Below the pieces are notes generated by a model. The model was not told the DNA's origin. It did not search any database and worked only from the letters and a program-made list of their open reading frames with translations. A program made the translations under genes and the position numbers. DNA of 63,382 nucleotides, the filler included, from Octopus bimaculoides (lineage: Eukaryota), in NCBI RefSeq assembly GCF_001194135.2. It is 4 parts of 3 records of this genome, joined end to end, with 100 filler letters (N's around TTAATTAATTAA, not from the genome) between each part and the next. Parts side by side here need not be neighbours in the genome. Positions count along the whole stretch, not along the records: positions 1 to 9,836 come from NC_068991.1; positions 9,937 to 29,788 come from NC_068994.1; 2 more parts are not named here. One strand, given 5' to 3'. Within the stretch, counting starts at the first letter, position 1, and each line of letters opens with the position of its first letter. Positions 1-13,075 of the stretch are shown piece after piece.

Positions 1-143
1 GTGAATGTTTGGGGAAGGCGACATACTTGAGTTGGACATCGCAGCTTTTTCAGAATAGCCCCGCGGGTAAAAAGGCAAACACAATCCAGCACATCATACG
101 GTTTATGTAAACGCATACATTTGTGTGTGCATGTGTGTGTGTA

Positions 144-190
<47 letters not shown>

Positions 191-384
191 AGTGTGCATC
201 TGTGTGGTGTGTGTGCGTGAACGCACGTGAGTTGTGAGTGTGTGCGCGAGTGTGTTTGAGTGGGTGTGCAAATATATGCATGTTGTAAGAATATATCTAC
301 ATATACACACACACGCACATTTGATAGACTTACCTTAAGGAAGGATTAAAGAAGATCATTCTCACAAGAAAGGACTCAATATAC

Positions 385-492
385 ATTCAGCAGAACCGTT
401 AGCTCGCCGAGCAAAATAGCGGCTTTTCGTCCGTCTTTACCTTCTGAGTTCAAATTCTGCTGATATCGACTTTGCCTTTCATCCTTTTCGAG
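385..492 (+). mobile_element. SINE family A fragment (tRNA-type head)
   Basis: cagaaccgttagc...ttctgagttcaaattc...gactttgcctttcatcc matches the repeat at 5331, 8100, 32318, 39853, 59603 and 62620. Confidence 0.65.
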
Positions 493-1440
493 TATGTGTT
501 AGTATATGTGTATATGTGTGTAAACACAAATAATTTTCGAAACTGAAGGGTCGTAATAACATGCCACTGGAAGCAGCAGCAACAGCACTGTAGACACAAG
601 CGACCAAATTAATCTTCTTTTAGAAATATTCTCTTATCGACTCTCTCTTACTAGCACGTTATCTCTCTCTTTTCCCCCCTCCCTATCCCTCCTCCCTCTG
701 TCTCTCTGTTGCCCATTCCGTTGCCCAAACAGAGTTTGCTTTAAATTAAAAATGTCTCTACTATCAAGGTCACACACACAAAATCCGGTTCTTTGTGAAT
801 TGCTTAATAAAACCTTACCTCATGCTAAATACCATGGCATTTTTAGTAGGAAAACTAAACTTCCATATTACTGTATTCTTAATCTGGACGCAATTGAAAC
901 TAAAATGTAAAACATATGTAACGAGTGGATGCACAAAAACATTACTGTAAATCCGGTCTCCGTCTTCAGGGTAGAGAAATTGATATCTAAACTAGATACC
1001 AACCTCTTGACTTTGTGTGATCTCCATCTGCCAACATTATTACATAATTCCAGCTACCCAGAAACAGCTGTCGGAACTGTAACACCATACCTTCTCCCCT
1101 TAATTTTCTATGTCTGTGTACTCTGTGTAAATCTACTCTGTTAATAGATAGATATCTCTCTATGTAGACATGAATATTCTGAATGTTTTCAGGCTTTGTT
1201 CTTTTTCCTATTTACATGTACATGCGTATATTATTTCGTATATCAAACCCAAACATGTTCATTTGCATCATTATCTCACTCACCTTCTTTGTCTCTCTCT
1301 CTTTCTTTCATTCTTTCTTTCATCCTTTATTTCTTTCTTTCTTCCTTTCTTTCTTTCTTGCTTTCTTTCTCTCTCGCTCTCTCATTTTCTATCGATATAT
1401 ATATATACATACATATATTTGTATATATGCATATATATAT

Positions 1441-1490
<50 letters not shown>

Positions 1491-1564
1491 CTGAATGAAT
1501 ATATACATTGGCCTTTGAATTTGTTTTCTCCTCTCTTTAATTTCATATTTCTGAAGCTCTATCT

Positions 1565-2165
1565 CCATGTTCAGTCTGTTGCCGTGTGGGAAGATGAATA
1601 GAGGCATAACGGCGCCATCACTAGTGATCACTCCAAACATCATGATTTCGACTAGGAGTTTTATCACTCTTGGTACATGTTTTGGGGACTCTGCAAGCCA
1701 ACGGTTTCTCTGTGTGTTCACCATTTGATCCTGCCAGAAATTTTCCTCGTCTGAGAAAATTCAAAGCATGATTGGTTGGAGAGGATGCTTGAGTTTGTTG
1801 AAAAGCTTTGTGGTACGGTCTTTCCCCTTGTCCTTGATGGCTTGGGATAAAAATTGGCTCTTTCTGAACTCGTATGAGGAATACCGAATGTCATCATGCA
1901 CTACCTTCCAGATAAGAATCTCAGACGCTCTCATGTCCCTGGCGATGGACCTGATTGACTTGGAGAGATCGTTGTCAATCATGGCCTAGATCTCACCAAC
2001 AAATTCAGGAGTTCGTTTCTTATCAGAACGATCAGAATGAGTTTTTCGAGCTGCCGTACCTTCGTAGTCATTATTAGACTCATCCAATTCTCTCCGAATC
2101 CTTTGCACTGTACTCGGATAGACACTCAAACACTCTGAAATGTTCGTATTGGAGCCTCCGGCGCC
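1565..2165 (-). mobile_element. Tc1/mariner-superfamily transposase fragment, maT (DD37D)-like, pseudogenised
   Basis: ORFs 1986..2261, 1761..1982 and 1389..1724 share one frame broken by two stops. It reads HTH-like [20 protein letters not shown]...SIRSIARDM, then *IFSDEENFWQDQMVNTQRNRW (first catalytic D) and IMMFGVITSDGAVMPLFIF. It ends before the second D, so the maT call rests on motif style. Confidence 0.75.
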
Positions 2166-2200
<35 letters not shown>

Positions 2201-2449
2201 CACACACGCTCTCACATATACACACGCATGAACACATACACACACGCACACACACGCACACACAAACATTTATATAACAATAGCCGGATTGGCAAATGAG
2301 TTTGACTTCTGAGAGTGTATCGTGCCTTTGATAATTATCTTAAGTACCTATAGGTTTCGGACGGACAAATATATACTGTGTGTATGGGACATCCCACTCT
2401 TGATTCAGCTAAATATTAAGGACAAGACAACTGGAAGGAGAGATGATTG

Positions 2450-2590
2450 CACCGACACTCGGTTAATACTCATTACAGCTGAGTAGAATGAAGTATCATG
2501 TAATAAATGCCTTGTTCAAGTACATAACACGCTGCCCAATCCAGTAATAGAACAGATGACCTTAGGATCGTGACTTCAACGCCCTCACAA
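2450..2590 (-). mobile_element. degenerate SINE family C copy
   Basis: Reverse complement resembles the gtgttcttgagcaagacacttta...cactcagctg core of the 9670 copy. Confidence 0.4.
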
Positions 2591-2623
2591 GTAGCCTACA
2601 AGCCTATACATACACACATGTAC

Positions 2624-2676
<53 letters not shown>

Positions 2677-3787
2677 AATATTGGTAGGGAATCAATTTAT
2701 AACAGAGTTGTTAAAATATTTGTAAAAGCTGGTACTGTGCTAATTGTAAGCAAAGGAATAAATTCAGATGTAAACAAAGTTTGCTCTTTCCATAAAATTT
2801 TGATTTTCTGTTTTAAAAGCCTCTTCTCAAAGCAGACACACAAATTGTAACTTGTTGGTATGTAGGAGAAGGCTGCGACATGCACTGACGGGTATTGTTA
2901 TAGTCAAACTAATTTGCACAGTTCATTTGTACTTTTAAACGCTGGATTCAATTTATGACCGAAAAAAAATTATTAATCCGAAAATTACCGATATTTCTTT
3001 CAGCTGTTTTCAGTTTAACCATAATATATTGGACGGTATTATATAAGGTGATGCTTAACTGATGTATATGCATGGACATGTTTCTTAATGCGGATAATAT
3101 GCATTCTGTGGTTAGTGCATTCAATGTCGGAACCGCCATAACTATTTCAGACTAATATATTACACGGGCCCTTGTACATTGCTGTACATTGCTGAAAGGA
3201 AAGTTAGTCAATGTGCATATGTCTTCAGATGAACTACAATACATCATTTGTACGATCGATCTCTCTATACAGATAACCCGATAGATAAAAACAGTTGTTT
3301 TTCGACAAAATAAAGCGGCATCAGAAAGTATATGTGAGCACTTATGGTGCGAGTCTTCAATGGGGTATATTTGTATGTACCAACTTAGCAAAAGATAATG
3401 AATAGCCGCTATCTAATAGATATTTAAGAACCGCTTGATGTTGTTGGTTACATGCACTGTCGCTCTGAATGTTTTGTAACTAAAAAAAATTGTTTTCTAT
3501 ATATATTGTCCTGCTTATCGTGCTATCGTCGGTACGGTTGCCTTTCTAATAAAATAACTGTGGCTGATATATTCCTCTCTTACCAACTCCTTACCATTCC
3601 CTACTTTGTACTGACAAAGGCGTTTTAACTATGAATTCTCGAATTATAACGTAATGAAAATTGTTATTTTGCAGTCATTAATTTTGTTCTTTCTCGCTTT
3701 CTTTTTGCCTATCTGCCTGTCTGTCTCTTTCTCTCTCTGTGTCTGTCTGTGTGTCTCTTTCTCTCTCTCTTTCTTCCTCTCTCTCTA

Positions 3788-3836
<49 letters not shown>

Positions 3837-3919
3837 ATCTCTCTCTCTCTCTATATATATATATACATACATATTCACATATATACATATATGTGTGCGT
3901 GTGTGCACGCGCACTTTAG

Positions 3920-4110
3920 TGAGAGGTTAGCGTGTTTCACTCATCATCATACGATTGTGGTTTCGATTCCTAGACCAGATGATGCATGGTGTTCTTGAAC
4001 AAAACACTTCAGTTCACGTTGCTCCAATCCGGGTAGCAGGTAGCAAAAAGGAGCAATTCTGCGACAAACCAGCATCTGGGAAACCAGTCTCACGAATCTA
4101 TGGCTCCATA
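3920..4110 (+). mobile_element. degenerate SINE family C copy
   Basis: B-box-like gtttcgattcc followed by gtgttcttgaacaaaacacttc...gttgctcca, as in the 9670 copy. Confidence 0.5.
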
Positions 4111-4130
4111 AGGACTTTTGATTCTAATAC

Positions 4131-4175
<45 letters not shown>

Positions 4176-4451
4176 NNNNNNNNNNNNNNNNNNNNNNNNN
4201 NNNNNNNNNNNNNNNNNNNNNNNNATATATAATACAAATAATATGTGAGTATATGCATATATACGTACATGTATGTACATACCTACATCTACATGTACAT
4301 ATAGATGTATATCTGGGTACAGGACGTCACAAAAAAACCTGGACAAAATGAAAAACAGAACATAATCAGAGTGCAGAAAACACACAGGTTACATAGAGAA
4401 CATTTCCTTCATCAACTGCCACCATTCTAAAACTAAGCGTTTACACACACA

Positions 4452-4990
4452 AGGCAGTGACTCTCATGGCTTCTGATCTTAATTGACTGGAAGTGTTATC
4501 ATGTACAGATCTTTTCTTGGTATAAAAAATGGGCTACATCAAATATTCTCAATACCGCAGATTTGCTTGTCAGTTGCTTGACCTTGACCTGTTGAGTGTG
4601 TCCTTTAATGGCTGATGATATGTTCATCTCTTATCACAAGCAGAAGTAGTGGGGGAGCATCATAGCCATGTGCTGAGAGGAATTCTTTGGGGTTTGAATA
4701 ATTCACCTTTGGAAACATGGGTGCTTTGTTCATCATCCTTAAACAAAGCTTATTCAGGGACTTTTAATGAGATGGGCTCAACATGAAGAAAATTCTAACT
4801 GGACCCCCACCTGCATGGTAATACGCTGTTTATCTTGGTATGAAGTCACCATATTGCGCACATATGGTTGTGTAGTTGTGATGCATGTGTCTGGTGTAAC
4901 CTTATCAGATAGCTAGTCATGGTGGATAGATTGGGCCTCGTATATCTGTACCCTAGTGTCACTTTGATGGCATGCATTGCTGTCTCACTC
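4452..4990 (+). mobile_element. ~555-bp non-coding interspersed element ending in ctctcactc-(AAT)n, copy 1 (5' end eroded)
   Basis: Colinear with 12426-12953 and 13072-13627; no recognisable ORF; followed directly by (AAT)n at 4991-5033. Confidence 0.85.
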
Positions 4991-5033
4991 AATAATAATA
5001 ATAATAATGATAATAATAATAATAATAATAATA

Positions 5034-5330
5034 GGCGATGGAAAATGAAGAAGGCGTAGATAGTGCCAATTATTGTTAGATCCTTGGGAATAGTATCAGA
5101 AGGCATCAAGGGGAAAATAAAGGAAATTGTAATAGAGTACCCAGTAGCACTGTTACAAAATATTTGCCTCCTTGGCATGGCCAGAATAATCAGGCAAGTA
5201 TTAGATAGCTGAAAAGAATGGATAGCATGGTACAGTAGGCTGCAGGTAGCAAACCTGCTACGCATGTAAGACTCCAGGAGCTCCAAGAAAAAAACCGGTG
5301 ATAAAGAGAAATAACAATAATCATAATAAT
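5034..5330 (+). mobile_element. R4/Dong-like non-LTR retrotransposon, 3' stub
   Basis: RWKMKKA*IVPIIVRSLGIVSEGIKGKIKEIVIEYPVALLQNICLLGMARIIRQVLDS* is the REL C-terminus; it starts right after (AAT)n and ends in an AAT-like tail. Confidence 0.8.
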
Positions 5331-5545
5331 GGTTTCAAACTTTGCCACAAGGGCAGCAATTTTGGAGCAGGGGATGAGCCGATAACATCGATCCCAGTGT
5401 TCAACTGGTACTTAATTTATCGACCCCGAAAGGATGAAAAGCAAAGTCGGCCTCGGCGGAATTTGAACTCAGAACGTGGAGACGGGCGAAATACCGCTAA
5501 GCATTTCGCTGGGCGTGCTAACGATTCTGCCAGCTCGACGCTTTA
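5331..5545 (-). mobile_element. SINE family A, near full length
   Basis: Reverse complement reads gagctggcagaatcgttagcacgcc...gttctgagttcaaattccgccgagg...ggggtcgataaattaagtacc. Confidence 0.85.
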
Positions 5546-5602
5546 ATAATAATAATAATAGTAATAATAATAGTAATAATAATAATAATAATATTAATAA
5601 TA

Positions 5603-6360
5603 ATGGCCTCTGGCTTGAAATCAGAAACAGAGGGGTTTATCATAGCAGCCCAAGATCAATGCCTACCTACAAAGAACTACCAGGCCAACATATTAAAGAA
5701 CGGCAGCTCCCCATTATGTCGTATATGCNNNNNNNNNNNNNNNNNNNNNNNNNNNNNNNNNNNNNNNNNNNNNNNNNNNNNNNNNNNNNNNNNNNNNNNN
5801 NNNNNNNNNNNNNNNNNNNNNNNNNNNNNNNNNNNNNNNNNNNNNNNNNNNNNNNNNNNNNNNNNNNNNNNNNNNNNNNNNNNNNNNNNNNNNNNNNNNN
5901 NNNNNNNNNNNNNNNNNNNNNNNNNNNNNNNNNNNNNNNNNNNNNNNNNNNNNNNNNNNNNNNNNNNNNNNNNNNNNNNNNNNNNNNNNNNNNNNNNNNN
6001 NNNNNNNNNNNNNNNNNNNNNNNNNNNNNNNNNNNNNNNNNNNNNNNNNNNNNNNNNNNNNNNNNNNNNNNNNNNNNNNNNNNNNNNNNNNNNNNNNNNN
6101 NNNNNNNNNNNNNNNNNNNNNNNNNNNNNNNNNNNNNNNNNNNNNNNNNNNNNNNNNNNNNNNNNNNNNNNNNNNNNNNNNNNNNNNNNNNNNNNNNNNN
6201 NNNNNNNNNNNNNNNNNNNNNNNNNNNNNNNNTGTACAAATCCAAATATATGGTACCCTAGGCATAACACCTACATGAACTTCTAACTTGTTGTCTCTTG
6301 AGGTCTCTGGGTGAGACTTGGATCCAACTTGTACAAATGCAAAACAAAAGTCAAACATAA
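5603..6360 (+). mobile_element. R4/Dong-like 5'-truncated copy (middle lies in a gap)
   Basis: ASGLKSETEGFIIAAQDQCLPTKNYQANILKNGSSPLCRIC (start of the CCHC region); the 3' UTR after the gap matches 8754-8850; (AAT)n on both sides. Confidence 0.85.
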
Positions 6361-6475
<115 letters not shown>

Positions 6476-6558
6476 GAAAATTGTAATGCATGCAACTAGA
6501 GACGAAGAGAGACTGAATACGTAGCCATCTTTATCGCTCCTTCCCCCTTTATACATAC

Positions 6559-6792
6559 CAACAGTGGATCACGTACAGAACAGATGTCTAACAAAAGCCG
6601 GATAGAAAAATGTTGCAGTCTGTTTCTATTGTTGCTAACCTTACTGTTCATATTGTTGCTTTGAGTAGTCTTCATGATTCGGCGGCGTACGCAACGAGAA
6701 TGTCGCTTCTGACGACGTCTCAGATGGTCTTTTCTGTTGTTTAAGGTCAGGTTTAGCTGGTGTTGCTCTGCTCCAGTTTGTAATTCAGATGC
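6559..6792 (-). CDS. possible internal exon of an unidentified host gene
   Basis: Non-repetitive; ttatttgaatatacag acceptor; only phase 0 is open (ASELQTGAEQHQ...HLRRRQKRHSRCVRRR...); GT donors at 6639 or 6558; no recognisable homology. Confidence 0.22.
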
Positions 6793-6859
6793 CTGTATAT
6801 TCAAATAAGCACACAGACACAGACACACAGACACAGACACACACACACACACACACGCA

Positions 6860-6891
<32 letters not shown>

Positions 6892-7433
6892 TAAATAAAC
6901 ACACACACACGCACAGAAACAGGTGAACGTGCACGCGCACACAGATCCAAACACACAATCACACACATGCATACACACACATGCATACACANNNNNNNNN
7001 NNNNNNNNNNNNNNNNNNNNNNNNNNNNNNNNNNNNNNNNNNNNNNNNNNNNNNNNNNNNNNNNNNNNNNNNNNNNNNNNNNNNNNNNNNNNNNNNNNNN
7101 NNNNNNNNNNNNNNNNNNNNNNNNNNNNNNNNNNNNNNNNNNNNNNNNNNNNNNNNNNNNNNNNNNNNNNNNNNNNNNNNNNNNNNNNNNNNNNNNNNNN
7201 NNNNNNNNNNNNNNNNNNNNNNNNNNNNNNNNNNNNNNNNNNNNNNNNNNNNNNNNNNNNNNNNNNNNNNNNNNNNNNNNNNNNNNNNNNNNNNNNNNNN
7301 NNNNNNNNNNNNNNNNNNNNNNNNNNNNNNNNNNNNNNNNNNNNNNNNNNNNNNNNNNNNNNNNNNNNNNNNNNNNNNNNNNNNNNNNNNNNNNNNNNNN
7401 NNNNNNNNNNNNNNNNNNNNNNNNNNNNNNNNN

Positions 7434-7472
<39 letters not shown>

Positions 7473-8099
7473 TATATACAAACATATACAGACACTTCGC
7501 GCGCGCGCGCACACACATACATATATATATATATATGTAGAGAGGGAGAGAGAGAGTATGTATATTAATATGTGCGTGTGTGTCTGTATTTGTGTGTGTG
7601 TGTGGAGCTTTCATATTGCTTACTAAGAACAACGCAGCCGATGAAGTTATGAAGGGGACTCGTTGTAATTCAGAAGAATAACATATAGATCTATAGAAGT
7701 GGATTGCTGTTTGTAATGAATTTACGCTTGATTCACACAATAAAAGAACTCTCACTGCAGTCTACAATCTCAGTAATACGCGCATGCACACACTAACATC
7801 CACATGTATTTGCGAGTAAGAGTTAGTGTGTGAGAATGCGTGAAATAGGATAAGTATTGAACAAAAGACAATTAGCTTCTGAGAGACACCGGGAAAATAT
7901 TTGAAACGACTAAAGATAAATTATCGATGAATTCCTTTACGTCATATGATCGATAGGTTTTTTACTCTACATAAACAGCTACACCTAATCAACTATCATT
8001 TTAAAACTTTGGAATTAATAGGTTAAAGCTGGTTTCATTTTTTCCCTTATAGGGAGAGCTTAAGGTGACGCACCAAACCATTTTATATATACTATGTTC

Positions 8100-8300
8100 T
8101 GGTAAAATTGTTAGTACGCCGGAGAAAATGCTTAGTGGCATTTCGTCTGTCTTTACGTTCTGAGTTCAAACTCCGTCGCAAAGGATTTTGCCTTTCATAC
8201 GTTTGGGGTCGATCGAATAAGCACCAGTCGCGCACTGGGGTCGATGTTATTAACTTAACTCCTCCCCCTAACTTGCCTGCCATGAACCAAAATTTGAAAC
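8100..8300 (+). mobile_element. SINE family A
   Basis: aaatgcttagtggcatttcg...ttacgttctgagttcaaact...ggggtcgat, followed by (ATT)n. Confidence 0.8.
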
Positions 8301-8384
<84 letters not shown>

Positions 8385-8634
8385 TATTATTNNNNNNNNN
8401 NNNNNNNNNNNNNNNNNNNNNNNNNNNNNNNNNNNNNNNNNNNNNNNNNNNNNNNNNNNNNNNNNNNNNNNNNNNNNNNNNNNNNNNNNNNNNNNNNNNN
8501 NNNNNNNNNNNNNNNNNNNNNNNNNNNNNNNNNNNNNNNNNNNNNNNNNNNNNNNNNNNNNNNNNNNNNNNNNNNNNNNNNNNNNNNNNNNNNNNNNNNN
8601 NNNNNNNNNNNNNNNNNNNNNNNNATACCTAAGG

Positions 8635-8700
<66 letters not shown>

Positions 8701-8705
8701 TATTA

Positions 8706-8751
<46 letters not shown>

Positions 8752-8753
8752 TA

Positions 8754-9583
8754 TATGCTTGACTTTTGCTTTGTATTTGTATAAGTTGACTCCATGTCCC
8801 ACCCAGAAACCTCAAGAGACAAGTTAGAAGTTCAAGTTGGTATTATGCCTAAGGTGTCATTTATTTGGCACATAGTATTGTTCTAGAGAATGTTTAAGAA
8901 AACATAAGAAAATTATAAGTTTGTTTTAAAATTTGAGATTACAAAAACACTATTTTGCGTAGGATATGGGCAGTTCCCATGAGCACTATCTTTTTAAATT
9001 TCTGCCATTTTGGGGTTTCCTGGTATCTGAGCTAGGTAGCAATTAGACCCATTTCCTATCATTTCAAGGGCACCTATGACAACAGGTATTGTTTTACTCT
9101 TGAGGTTCCATATTTTGCCAATTTCAATTTCAAGATCTTCATACTTACTCAGTTTTTGGTAGGTCTTGACAGATACGTTTATATCGATTGGGACAGTCAT
9201 ATCAATGAGGTGGCATGGTTTTTGTCTGAAGTTTTTCAATATGATGTCTGGCCTATTCGCATGTATTTTTGTATCAGTTTGAATAGTGAAGTTCCAGAGG
9301 AGTGAGATGTGATCATTTTCAAGAACTGGAGGTGGTTTGTGTTCCTACCAGTTTTTATCATGGGGAAGATCCAGGTTTTTTCAAATTACCCAATGAATAT
9401 ATTGTGCTGCTCTATCATGCTTGTTGAGATACTCTGTAGGCGCAAGAAGACCGCACGAGGAGACAACATCATCAAAGGTTTCATTTTGTTGTTGACATAC
9501 ACAACATGATGGGCTACTGCCGTTCTCTAATATGTTGACCTGGGTAGGCATTGATCTTAGGCTGCTATGATAAACCCTTCTGC
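8754..9583 (-). mobile_element. R4/Dong-like 5'-truncated copy with CCHC and REL endonuclease
   Basis: EGFIIAA*DQC...CCVCQQQNETFDDVVSSC...KHDRAAQYIHW...ANRPDIIL...LIDMTVP...KLSKYEDL...IPVVIGAL...GTAHILRK, with several stops; (TAA)n on both sides. Confidence 0.92.
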
Positions 9584-9648
<65 letters not shown>

Positions 9649-9669
9649 ATCATTGTTATTGTTATTGCT

Positions 9670-9836
9670 ATTGAGCGTCGGGCTCACAGTCATGAGGCAG
9701 TGAGTTCGATTCCCGGACGGGGCTGTGTGTTGTGTTCTCGAGCAAGACACTTTATTTTACATGGCTCCAGTTCACTCAGCTGTAGAAATGAGCAGCGACG
9801 TCACTGATGTCAAGCTGTGTCGGCCGTTGTCTTTCC
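9670..9836 (+). mobile_element. SINE family C (tRNA-derived head)
   Basis: B-box gagttcgattccc followed by gtgttctcgagcaagacacttta...cactcagctgtagaaatg. Confidence 0.75.
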
Positions 9837-9936
9837 NNNNNNNNNNNNNNNNNNNNNNNNNNNNNNNNNNNNNNNNNNNNTTAATTAATTAANNNNNNNN
9901 NNNNNNNNNNNNNNNNNNNNNNNNNNNNNNNNNNNN

Positions 9937-10060
9937 ACTTAGTGGTTCGGCAAAAGAGAGAGTAAGTACTAGGCTTACAAAGAATAAGTCCTGGATCGAT
10001 TTGTTCGACTAAACGCAGTGCTCCAGCATAGCCACAGTCAAATGACTGAAACAAATAAAA
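9937..10060 (+). mobile_element. SINE family B, 3' part
   Basis: taagtactaggcttacaaagaataagtcc...gtgctccagca...cagtcaaatgactgaaaca matches the 26315 copy. Confidence 0.8.
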
Positions 10061-10271
10061 GAGTATGTGTGTATGTATATACATTATATGTGCATATATA
10101 TATATATATATATGTGTGTGTGTATATATATACATGTGTATAAATACGTGTGTGTGTGTGTGTGTGTGAGTGAGTGCCTATGAATACGCACACTTTTAGA
10201 ATTATGTTTGCATTCATCATTTATTATGCCTTTTCTCATTCTAACTTTCTCCCGACACTTACACATACACG

Positions 10272-10306
<35 letters not shown>

Positions 10307-10367
10307 TTCACAAGTATGCACTCTTATATATTCATGCGCAGTTTCCTATATGCATATNNNNNNNNNN

Positions 10368-10433
<66 letters not shown>

Positions 10434-11900
10434 AAGACACACATGCACTCAAGAAATTTGTTGCAAACGATTTCATTTTGGGAACCAATATTTTTGTCTT
10501 CATTTGACAGAAACGAATGATTTGTCTGTCAAGCCATCGTTCAGTCCCCACCACCACCACCACCACCTCCACACACTCCTTATTCTCTCTCTCTCATTCT
10601 TATGCTTCTCAATCTGTAGCTTTTCTTAGCCTTTCTCTTTCTTTCTCTGCCTTTCTCTTCCGATCACTTTGTAACCTTTTTTTTTGTCTCTCTAACTTTA
10701 CTTTGTCTTTCTCACTCTATTTTTCTACAAGTTTTCTTTTTCCGTATCTCAGTAACTTTTACTTCTCCGTCTGTCTGTATGTCTGTTTCTCTGTCTGTCT
10801 GTTTCTCTGTCTGTCTGTCTGTCTCTCTCTGTCTCTCTCTCTCTGTCTCTCTCTCTCTCTCTCTCTCCCTCTTACTCTCTCATTCTATCTCCCTCCACCC
10901 TGCTCTCTATCTTCTTGCATTTTCCAATTCTCTTGAAATTCCGCCAATCTCTCAACCAGCCACTGTTCCATCATNNNNNNNNNNNNNNNNNNNNNNNNNN
11001 NNNNNNNNNNNNNNNNNNNNNNNNNNNNNNNNNNNNNNNNNNNNNNNNNNNNNNNNNNNNNNNNNNNNNNNNNNNNNNNNNNNNNNNNNNNNNNNNNNNN
11101 NNNNNNNNNNNNNNNNNNNNNNNNNNNNNNNNNNNNNNNNNNNNNNNNNNNNNNNNNNNNNNNNNNNNNNNNNNNNNNNNNNNNNNNNNNNNNNNNNNNN
11201 NNNNNNNNNNNNNNNNNNNNNNNNNNNNNNNNNNNNNNNNNNNNNNNNNNNNNNNNNNNNNNNNNNNNNNNNNNNNNNNNNNNNNNNNNNNNNNNNNNNN
11301 NNNNNNNNNNNNNNNNNNNNNNNNNNNNNNNNNNNNNNNNNNNNNNNNNNNNNNNNNNNNNNNNNNNNNNNNNNNNNNNNNNNNNNNNNNNNNNNNNNNN
11401 NNNNNNNNNNNNNNNNNNNNNNNNNNNNNNNNNNNNNNNNNNNNNNNNNNNNNNNNNNNNNNNNNNNNNNNNNNNNNNNNNNNNNNNNNNNNNNNNNNNN
11501 NNNNNNNNNNNNNNNNNNNNNNNNNNNNNNNNNNNNNNNNNNNNNNNNNNNNNNNNNNNNNNNNNNNNNNNNNNNNNNNNNNNNNNNNNNNNNNNNNNNN
11601 NNNNNNNNNNNNNNNNNNNNNNNNNNNNNNNNNNNNNNNNNNNNNNNNNNNNNNNNNNNNNNNNNNNNNNNNNNNNNNNNNNNNNNNNNNNNNNNNNNNN
11701 NNNNNNNNNNNNNNNNNNNNNTGAACAATATTTTAACAGTACGTCTGTCTTTGTCAAGTTCAAAACAAGAGGTGATTAAAAATTCAAAATTACAGAAATT
11801 TAAACGTAAAGTTGCTCTCGTTCATACTTTACGTTTAAATTTGGAATATTTTTCAACGAATAGAATATCTATGTAATCAAATCGCGCTCTTCGTCTTGAC

Positions 11901-11931
<31 letters not shown>

Positions 11932-11951
11932 TATAATAATGATGATGATGG

Positions 11952-11984
<33 letters not shown>

Positions 11985-12030
11985 CGATGATGATGATGAG
12001 GAGGAGGAGGAGAGGGAGGATAATAATAAT

Positions 12031-12420
12031 AAGTAAACGTAAGGACCTGGAAATTGAAATTCAAAAGATGTGACACCTTAAAGCAAGAACTGTTCCTGTT
12101 ATTGTAGGAACCCTAGTTATGATTAAAAAAAGATATGAGAGAAGCATGTAGATAACATCCCCGGGGAACCATGCTTCAGAGAAATGCAAAAGAATGTGTT
12201 GTTAAGTACTGCCCACATCCTTAGAAAAACCCTATTGATTTAAATGTATGTGTTGTATTACATGAAGATATTTCGCTACTGCCCCTGTCACTTTCCCTCC
12301 CCTAAGGTTTCAACCATACTGTAACATCTCTTATGCTTCATTCACACTAGGACACTGGATGTGTCTTGGCAAGTGATTGTAACAAGCAAGCAGATAAAAA
12401 GTAAATACTAACAACAACAA
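12031..12420 (+). mobile_element. R4/Dong-like 3' stub with 3' UTR
   Basis: KDLEIEIQKM*HLKARTVPVIVGTL...QKNVLLSTAHILRKTL; starts after (AAT)n and ends in aacaacaacaataataa. Confidence 0.8.
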
Positions 12421-12425
12421 TAATA

Positions 12426-12953
12426 AATGCCCAGTGGCTGTCGTAGCTTCAGATCTTAAGTAATTGGACGTGTTAAGATCTACATATTTTGTGTTGGTGT
12501 AAAAGATGGGCTACATGAAATATTCTACTCATTACCACAGATTGGTTAGCCAGTTTTTTTACCTTAACAGTTACCGCATATCCCTTTGTGGATGACAATA
12601 TGTACATCTCTGATCATGAGCAGGAGTAGTGGGGGAGCATCATAGCCATACGTTGAGATTAATTCTTTGGGGTTTGACTAATTCACTTCTGGTGTTTCAT
12701 TCATCATCCTTAAACAACCCTTTTTCAGGGACCTTTTGAATGGGATGGGCTACTTGAACTGTGGAAAGTTCTAACTGAGCTCCACCATCAAAGTCATGCG
12801 CTGTTTATCTTGACATGAGATGACAATGTCTTGCAAATATGGTTGCGATGCATGTGCCTGGTGTACCCTTATCAAACAGGTAGTCATGATGAGTATATTG
12901 GGCTTCGTATATTTGTACCTCAGCGTCACTTTGATGGTATGCATTGCCCTCTC
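12426..12953 (+). mobile_element. ~555-bp non-coding element, copy 2
   Basis: Starts aatgccc, has a short deletion near the 5' end, is colinear with copies 1 and 3, and is followed by (AAT)n at 12954-13073. Confidence 0.85.
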
Positions 12954-13002
12954 AATAATAATGATAATAATAATAGTAATAATAATAATGATAATAATGA
13001 TA

Positions 13003-13071
<69 letters not shown>

Positions 13072-13075
<4 letters not shown>

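Noticed and set aside
1-115. Cys-containing minus-strand frame (PYDVLDCVC...RCPTQVCRLPQTF) at the window edge
   Set aside because: Too short, no acceptor site, competing open frames, and truncated by the window edge.
940-980. Minus-strand CTGAAGA-cgg/ccg hairpin
   Set aside because: GAAA is replaced by GATT and there is no stem I; at most a dead remnant.
2948-3391. Two in-frame minus-strand ORFs containing VICIERSI, reminiscent of a GPCR E/DRY motif
   Set aside because: No transmembrane periodicity or other GPCR motifs, and an internal stop; chance similarity is likely.
9670-9740. tRNA-like A/B-box sequences in SINE heads
   Set aside because: No complete cloverleaf, and they continue into repeat bodies; these are SINEs, not tRNA genes.
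9881-9892. TTAATTAATTAA island inside Ns (also 29833-29844 and 40346-40357)
   Set aside because: Each is centred in exactly 44+44 Ns, making a 100-nt block with stops in all six frames. This is a scaffolding spacer, not biology.
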